This document shows, in pieces, positions 17,308 through 22,466 of a stretch of DNA of 22,466 bases. The notes under the pieces are model-generated. The model was not told the origin of the DNA. It saw only the letters and a program-made list of their open reading frames with translations, and did no database searches. The stretch's first letter is position 1. The number at the start of each line of letters is the position of its first letter. The stretch lies in the IMG/VR virus record IMGVR_UViG_3300034110_001238; one strand, written 5' to 3'. Origin of the DNA: an uncultured virus (IMG/VR IMGVR_UViG_3300034110_001238) (taxonomy: Duplodnaviria; Heunggongvirae; Uroviricota; Caudoviricetes). The translations under genes were made by a program, and so were the position numbers.

Positions 17308-18576
17308 ATGAAAATTAAAACAAGTCAAATCACAAGCTACATTGGTCAAACCATTACCATGCATTTAACACTGGAAGCCTTACGCGACCAGAAACATCTG
17401 CAATTCTTAATTGGTGGAGACAAATCAGGTAAACTTCAACTGGTTGTACAGAAATCAAAAGTTGAACAACATGCCGAAATATCAGAGCTTTTAGAAGGTT
17501 CTACATTTTCTGTGACTGGATTGATTGTGGAAGCGAAACAAAGCAAAACGTTTGGTGTAGAGATGCAAGTTGACTCAATTATTATCCATTCTAAATCATT
17601 ACCACGTCCAATTATGGAGGACTCATCTATTGACCTTCGTTTTGACTACCGTGTTGTGGACTTGAAACATCCAAAAAGACAACTGATGTTACAATTACGT
17701 TCTGCGTTCGAAGCTGGCTGCAGAGAATACTTATTACAAAAAGAGTTTACTGAAATTCACACACCTAAGCTAATGGCTCAGGCCAGTGAGAGTGGTTCAC
17801 AAGTTTTCGAGGTAAAATATTTCGATAAAAAAGCTTATTTAAGCCAAAGTCCACAGTTCTACAAGCAATGTTCAATTGCCAGTGGGCTGGAAGCAATTTT
17901 TGAAATAGGGCCAGTTTTCCGTGCAGAAGAATCACACTCAACCAGACACATGACAGAGTTTACTGGATTTGACGTTGAGTTTGCATGGTGCTTTGAAACA
18001 GCAGACGTTATGAAACTTGAAGAAGATATCTTAACTTATGCATTTTCAAAGTTGGAACCATTCAAAGAAAAGGTAATGGAACTCTATGGTATAGAATTGA
18101 TGACAAAGCCTACTGTTCAATATATAACCTTAGCCGAAGCTAAAAAAATCTTAGCTGATGAGTTAAAACTATCGGTCGGTCAAGACTTACCAGACGAAGG
18201 TGAAAGGTTGTTGTATGAAAAATTAGGCAAAGACTTGATATTTATTTCAGACTATCCGATAGGCAAGCGTCCATTTTATCATATGAGAGAAACGGAAAAA
18301 GGAACAACCAAGAGCTTTGACTTGATATTCAAAGGGATTGAAATCACAACTGGTGCTATTCGTGAGCATAGAATTGACATCTTAGAACAACAAGCCATTG
18401 AAAAAGGTATTCAACCAGAGTCAATACACCACTATTTGGACAGTTTCAAATATGGTTGCCCACCACACGGTGGTTTTGGACTGGGTATCGAACGAGTAAT
18501 TGCAAAACTGTTGGGATTGGGGTCAGTGAAAGAGGTAAGCTTCGTGCCACGAGATCCAGACAGATTGACACCATAA
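17308..18576 (+). CDS. aspS: Aspartyl-tRNA synthetase, short archaeal/eukaryote-like type (possibly non-discriminating tRNA(Asp/Asn) ligase)
   Basis: 422 aa; OB anticodon domain (LRDQK..QF...D.SG..Q.V), motif 1 EIHTPKL, AYLSQSPQFYKQ (AspRS-type, not AsnRS xSxQL), motif 2 FRAEESHSTRH.TEF, motif 3 PPHGGFGLGIER; too short for the bacterial GAD insertion; GGAG SD. Confidence 0.93.
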   Translation: MKIKTSQITSYIGQTITMHLTLEALRDQKHLQFLIGGDKSGKLQLVVQKSKVEQHAEISELLEGSTFSVTGLIVEAKQSKTFGVEMQVDSIIIHSKSLPRPIMEDSSIDLRFDYRVVDLKHPKRQLMLQLRSAFEAGCREYLLQKEFTEIHTPKLMAQASESGSQVFEVKYFDKKAYLSQSPQFYKQCSIASGLEAIFEIGPVFRAEESHSTRHMTEFTGFDVEFAWCFETADVMKLEEDILTYAFSKLEPFKEKVMELYGIELMTKPTVQYITLAEAKKILADELKLSVGQDLPDEGERLLYEKLGKDLIFISDYPIGKRPFYHMRETEKGTTKSFDLIFKGIEITTGAIREHRIDILEQQAIEKGIQPESIHHYLDSFKYGCPPHGGFGLGIERVIAKLLGLGSVKEVSFVPRDPDRLTP

Positions 18577-18584
18577 TAGTAGAC

Positions 18585-18609
18585 AAAAGCCTCAAAAGAG
18601 GCTTTTTTT
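18585..18609 (+). terminator. Intrinsic terminator after aspS
   Basis: AAAAGCCTC-AAAA-GAGGCTTTTTTT. Confidence 0.85.
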
Positions 18610-18611
18610 CA

Positions 18612-18640
18612 TTGACTTAATAATGTAAAAAGTGTAATAT
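18612..18640 (+). promoter_or_regulatory. Sigma70-like promoter
   Basis: TTGACT-17bp-TAATAT. Confidence 0.6.
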
Positions 18641-18683
18641 CCTAAATCTAATTATATTAGTGATACTTATATGAGGTTTTAAA

Positions 18684-19103
18684 ATGACAGAGACAAAAGA
18701 AAAAAGTATTGAGGAAATATTGGAAGAGCTTAGCTTTGCATTCGCTTCACCCGAAGCGAGTGAATTCACAACCTATATTGCTGAAAAAAACTATCGTAAA
18801 GCAAAGAATATGCTACTCAAGAAAATAGCTGCTGATGAAGCTACTCTTGTTATTAATCATTTCAAAAGTGAAATCAAAAAGAAATTTAACCTTGTTGAAA
18901 TGAGTTATGAAGAATTCAACATCAAATTCCCATACACTGGAGTTAATAGCAAGCAACAAATCGTTGTTAACTACAGAGGTGAAATGGTATCTGCTTATCC
19001 AAAAAAAGGCTATATTTATCCAGATGGTTGGATTATATATGTTGGACATAATGAGGTAGCAATAAAAGATGTTGATCAAATATGGTTAGTTGAGAAAAAA
19101 TAG
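18684..19103 (+). CDS. Hypothetical protein (139 aa)
   Basis: GAGG SD and own promoter. Confidence 0.85.
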   Translation: MTETKEKSIEEILEELSFAFASPEASEFTTYIAEKNYRKAKNMLLKKIAADEATLVINHFKSEIKKKFNLVEMSYEEFNIKFPYTGVNSKQQIVVNYRGEMVSAYPKKGYIYPDGWIIYVGHNEVAIKDVDQIWLVEKK

Positions 19104-19117
19104 TAAATTCTTAAAAA

Positions 19118-19146
19118 TTGATTATCATGCATTGTTTTGTTATAAT
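19118..19146 (+). promoter_or_regulatory. Sigma70-like promoter
   Basis: TTGATT-17bp-TATAAT with TGn extension. Confidence 0.7.
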
Positions 19147-19164
19147 GAATAAATAGGAGAGCTT

Positions 19165-19806
19165 ATGAAAAAACTATTTATTTTTGATATTGATGATGTT
19201 ATTTACGATTTAAAATCAATGATGTATGAAGCATTAAAAGAACACACTGGTAAAGATATTCATCATGATACATGGAAAACATTGAACATGAATGAAGTTT
19301 TTGATTTGGACTACAAAGAAGTGGTTGATGTATTTTTAAAACACGATGTGTTGAGAAGTGGGCAGTTAAATTTTGGAATCTATCCATTACTTGATTACTT
19401 AAAAAAGAACAATATTGAAACAAAAGCAGTTACCGCACGCGGTTGGCATCCAGAAGCTGACCAGATTACACAAGCTTTTTTTGAAGAACATGATATTCAA
19501 ATGGGCGGTATCAAAGTAATTAAGTATACTGAGAAAAAGTCAGAATACATCGCTCAACTCACTGATTACAATATTGTAGGTTATGTGGATGATAGCGATA
19601 GACACATTATGGAAACAAAACTGGCATGTCAAGGTAATGTTAAAAACTATTACATTCAAGACCAACCTTGGAACAGACATGTGGAACTTGATACTGGTAT
19701 GCAGAGAATTAACGATATATCAGAAATAAGAAACCATCTTGAAATCTATCTTGGATCTGAGAAAAAGATTGAACCTATTCGAAGTATAAAATTTAAACAT
19801 CAATAA
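19165..19806 (+). CDS. HAD-superfamily 5'(3')-deoxyribonucleotidase-like phosphatase (NT5C type)
   Basis: Motif I FIFDIDDV, motif II VTAR, motif III K (EKKS), motif IV YVDDS, and the C-terminal QPWN typical of the family; AGGAG SD. Confidence 0.85.
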   Translation: MKKLFIFDIDDVIYDLKSMMYEALKEHTGKDIHHDTWKTLNMNEVFDLDYKEVVDVFLKHDVLRSGQLNFGIYPLLDYLKKNNIETKAVTARGWHPEADQITQAFFEEHDIQMGGIKVIKYTEKKSEYIAQLTDYNIVGYVDDSDRHIMETKLACQGNVKNYYIQDQPWNRHVELDTGMQRINDISEIRNHLEIYLGSEKKIEPIRSIKFKHQ

Positions 19807-19829
19807 AAGCACCTTCGGGTGCTTTTTTT
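19805..19829 (+). terminator. Intrinsic terminator
   Basis: AAAAGCACC-TTCG-GGTGC-TTTTTTT (cUUCGg tetraloop). Confidence 0.9.
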
Positions 19830-19900
19830 AACCAATTTATTAATAGTTTTTTCAATTAATTATGCTATACTTGATATATACAAATAAAAATGATAATTTC

Positions 19901-21787
19901 ATGAATGATTATAAAATAGCTCTATCAATACTAGACTCATATAAACGACAATCAATGAAGATAAAGCGAGAGCTTGAACCTTTATTGTATGATTACAAAA
20001 AGAAAATGATTCAGGACAATGAAAAAAATAAACCATCTGATCAATATTTTAAGAAGTTGAGCAATATGACTGAAGTCTATGGTATTGAATCAAAATATGC
20101 AAAAGTAGCTCATGAAGAAAAGTCTTTACTTGACAATGCAACCGTATCATTGAGTTATATTAGAGGCTATATGGATGTCATGAAAAAGCATATTTATTCA
20201 ATCCATCATACTGTTGCTTCAAAAATTGAAGAATACCAAATAATAGCTAATCAATTCAATATTAACATTGATAATGATGCAAAGGAAATACAAGCACATA
20301 TTGAATCTTATAAATCAACTGATGTTTTCAATGAGTTTTACAAAGAACATGATAGAAAAGATGAAATTTTAAAAGATCTAGACCGTTACATAAGACAATT
20401 AATGAAAGACAGTTGGGACGCTAGCATGAAAGGAGAGATACCGGGAAATACCTTCATTGGTCAAAACTATCCCACGGATTTCAGAAAATCGCCAGAGTTA
20501 TCAGGTCTTGTTGAAATTATTGACAGAGCAAAAGAAGAGTTCAAAAATTACTTTGTAGAGGGTAAGAATATTGTTGATTTAACTGATGCTTTTGCATTGA
20601 TAGACAACACTGATGAGATATTTAAATCCATACATTTAAAACTTAGAGCAGTTGGATATCAATCCTGTATTGCTGATACTTATGCAGACAAACAAAAAGA
20701 CAATTCAGTGTTAGGTTTCTTGAAAGCTAAAAATGAAGAAGATTCATTCGTAGATAAAAACAAAGATATATATACATTACCAGAATGGTCTAAGATCAGT
20801 AAAATTATTGTATTTGCTGATTCGTCAGCATTGATTCAAAATAAAAGAAATGAGTATCAAGAAGTATTATCTAGTAAAGACATGATTGAATTAAGAAGTC
20901 ATTTATTAGATGAATACATCAATGAACACTTTAAAAAGAACCCAACGATTGCTAAGACTTTTAAACAAATGAAAAACATTGCTTATGTTGAATACTTCGA
21001 CACCTTTACTAAAATATTAAATAAATACAAAGAAAATGAACCCATTTTGAAATTAAATGAATTTGCTTTGTTATCAACTTTTAAAGAAGCTGCAGCTAAC
21101 AATGAACATTCTTTTACTATTTATGAAAAGTTTGATGACGCGATGTCTAAAACTATTAGAGATCATAAATTAAAACAATATATTCATTCAATAGCTAGTA
21201 AAAAATATAACCACTTATACAATGAAGAAACTTATAAAATTGCAGGCGAATTATATGATTTAAACCTCCCAGACAATTCCTTACAAGAATATATAGGTAA
21301 AAAAATTGCGGCCTTTAAGACGCCAGAACAATTTAATAAAGCTCTTGGTTCTTTCTTAGAAAGTTTAAATAGTTTTACAATGGAAGCTACGCTCAACAAA
21401 GCCGAAAAATTTGGTATTGAAGTTATTTCTGAACATGATAATAAATTGATATTGAAAATCAATAATTTTGCTGAATCTAAAACAATGGGGAGTTCTTCTT
21501 GGTGTATAGCAAGAGATGAATCTTATTTTAAAAGCTATGCTGAGTATCGTGAACAATATTTTCTTATGGACTTCTCCAAGGAAAGTACAGAAAACTCATC
21601 CATGATTGGAATTACGCTTAAAAAGAATGGAGATTTCAGTGCCGCTCATTATAAAGACGATGAAGAATGCAATCCAGATGATGATGATATTATTGAGTAT
21701 GTGCAAGATGCAGTATATGAGTTCAAACAAGCTTTAAAAAATAAAAACGAAGCGACAGTAAAACAAGCGAAAAAACTTGTCATTTAA
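19901..21787 (+). CDS. PcfJ-like domain protein (~628 aa; track start 19862 overlaps the promoter), paralog of 3561..5369
   Basis: LQEYIGKKIAAFKTPEQF...MGSSSWCIAR...YFKSY...QYFLMDF...SMIGITLKKNG...H; extended -10 TGCTATACT at 19863-19871; exact start uncertain because no clear SD. Confidence 0.7.
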   Translation: MNDYKIALSILDSYKRQSMKIKRELEPLLYDYKKKMIQDNEKNKPSDQYFKKLSNMTEVYGIESKYAKVAHEEKSLLDNATVSLSYIRGYMDVMKKHIYSIHHTVASKIEEYQIIANQFNINIDNDAKEIQAHIESYKSTDVFNEFYKEHDRKDEILKDLDRYIRQLMKDSWDASMKGEIPGNTFIGQNYPTDFRKSPELSGLVEIIDRAKEEFKNYFVEGKNIVDLTDAFALIDNTDEIFKSIHLKLRAVGYQSCIADTYADKQKDNSVLGFLKAKNEEDSFVDKNKDIYTLPEWSKISKIIVFADSSALIQNKRNEYQEVLSSKDMIELRSHLLDEYINEHFKKNPTIAKTFKQMKNIAYVEYFDTFTKILNKYKENEPILKLNEFALLSTFKEAAANNEHSFTIYEKFDDAMSKTIRDHKLKQYIHSIASKKYNHLYNEETYKIAGELYDLNLPDNSLQEYIGKKIAAFKTPEQFNKALGSFLESLNSFTMEATLNKAEKFGIEVISEHDNKLILKINNFAESKTMGSSSWCIARDESYFKSYAEYREQYFLMDFSKESTENSSMIGITLKKNGDFSAAHYKDDEECNPDDDDIIEYVQDAVYEFKQALKNKNEATVKQAKKLVI

Positions 21788-21791
21788 GAAT

Positions 21792-21817
21792 AAAAAAAGC
21801 ACCCGTAGGTGCTTTTC
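21792..21817. terminator. Bidirectional intrinsic terminator
   Basis: AAAAAAAGCACC-CGTA-GGTGCTTTTT between convergent genes. Confidence 0.85.
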
Positions 21818-21821
21818 TCTT

Positions 21822-22466
21822 TTATCGGTTTACCACCGAGAGTAATGCTAATGATGTATCCTTTAAATCTGCTTGTGCAATATACATTTGGAATTGAGCA
21901 TATTCATTTTCTGTGACCAAATTATCTTTAAACATGTCATCTATCTTATTTTTAACATCTGTATTACTGATTGATGAATAGAATAGTTTCAAATTCATTA
22001 TTTGTTCAGCACTGATGCTATTATAATTTTTGATATTGTCTTTATAATCATTATATTTAACAACATTTCTATCTGCTTTGTCAACCAAGAAGTCTTTATA
22101 CATTTGAGTATCAACCACCCCAGCATAGCTTGTAATCATTTTGGTATTAATATTTGAGTATGCACGATCAATGGCACTGTCTTTAATGCTTTCTTTTTGA
22201 ACAAAGCAGTAAGCAACAAAAAATAGAGCTAAACCACCAACAATGATTCTAAAAATAGTGGTAGGTACGGACATTAAAAGTCCAATACTAAGTGTTAGCA
22301 TTATTGCACCTAAAAATAAAAACGCATAATTTGAAAAATCATTGGTAAAGGCAAATGAACCTATAGCGGTCATAATAGTAAATATAGACATTGCAATAAA
22401 AGTCACACCAAAAATAATGATTATAGCATCCAAATATTCAAAACTTCTTCTCTTTATTGTTGTCAT
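21822..22466 (-). CDS. Membrane protein (3 N-terminal hydrophobic segments plus a soluble C-terminal domain)
   Basis: Three hydrophobic stretches in the first ~90 aa; the ATG is at the window edge, so the true start cannot be verified. Confidence 0.8.
   Translation of the reverse strand: MTTIKRRSFEYLDAIIIIFGVTFIAMSIFTIMTAIGSFAFTNDFSNYAFLFLGAIMLTLSIGLLMSVPTTIFRIIVGGLALFFVAYCFVQKESIKDSAIDRAYSNINTKMITSYAGVVDTQMYKDFLVDKADRNVVKYNDYKDNIKNYNSISAEQIMNLKLFYSSISNTDVKNKIDDMFKDNLVTENEYAQFQMYIAQADLKDTSLALLSVVNR

Noticed and set aside
17308..18576. Calling the synthetase AsnRS because the leader is Asn-rich
   Set aside because: QSPQFYKQ is the AspRS signature; AsnRS has xSxQL without the KQ.
4340..21556. 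Short track ORFs nested in or antisense to longer genes (4340, 4695, 9333, 10793, 12621, 13441, 14192, 14535, 15000, 18813, 19199, 21232, 21365)
   Set aside because: They overlap better-supported CDSs, have no evident SD or promoter, and show shadow-frame composition.
19805..21817. Identical AAAAGCACC/GGTGCTTTT stems flanking the PcfJ-like gene as mobile-element ends
   Set aside because: Both are fully explained as terminators; no transposase/integrase or target-site duplication is seen.
1..22466. tRNA genes, CRISPR arrays, introns or inteins (including in rtcB)
   Set aside because: No cloverleaf or regularly spaced repeats were found by eye; intergenic gaps are short; RtcB and AspRS are of normal length and uninterrupted.

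Overview
AT-rich, gene-dense 22.5 kb segment that most resembles a large (jumbo-type) bacteriophage or similar large extrachromosomal element. It has mostly short transcription units on both strands, each with a sigma70-like promoter and often an intrinsic terminator, and most ORFs are unrecognisable. No capsid, terminase or integrase gene lies in the window, so the phage call is inferred. Recognisable genes are an RtcB RNA ligase, a short archaeal-type aspartyl-tRNA synthetase, a HAD 5'(3')-deoxyribonucleotidase, a ParB/Srx-domain protein, an HEXXH metallopeptidase-like protein and two paralogous PcfJ-like (GSxSWCI) proteins. The ORF track misses a >=647-aa ORF running off the left end, a 44-aa lipoprotein and a 23-aa leader peptide. 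The strongest finding is a complete ribosome-dependent transcription attenuator upstream of aspS: promoter, leader peptide with five consecutive Asp/Asn codons (DNNDN), mutually exclusive 1:2, 2:3 and 3:4 helices, and a U7 terminator. A long hairpin 5' UTR also buries the rtcB ribosome-binding site, so the element may carry an RNA-regulated tRNA repair/recharging module. Two distinct C-terminal motifs are shared among otherwise dissimilar proteins. Family calls rest on motif recognition by eye; no searches or folding programs were run.
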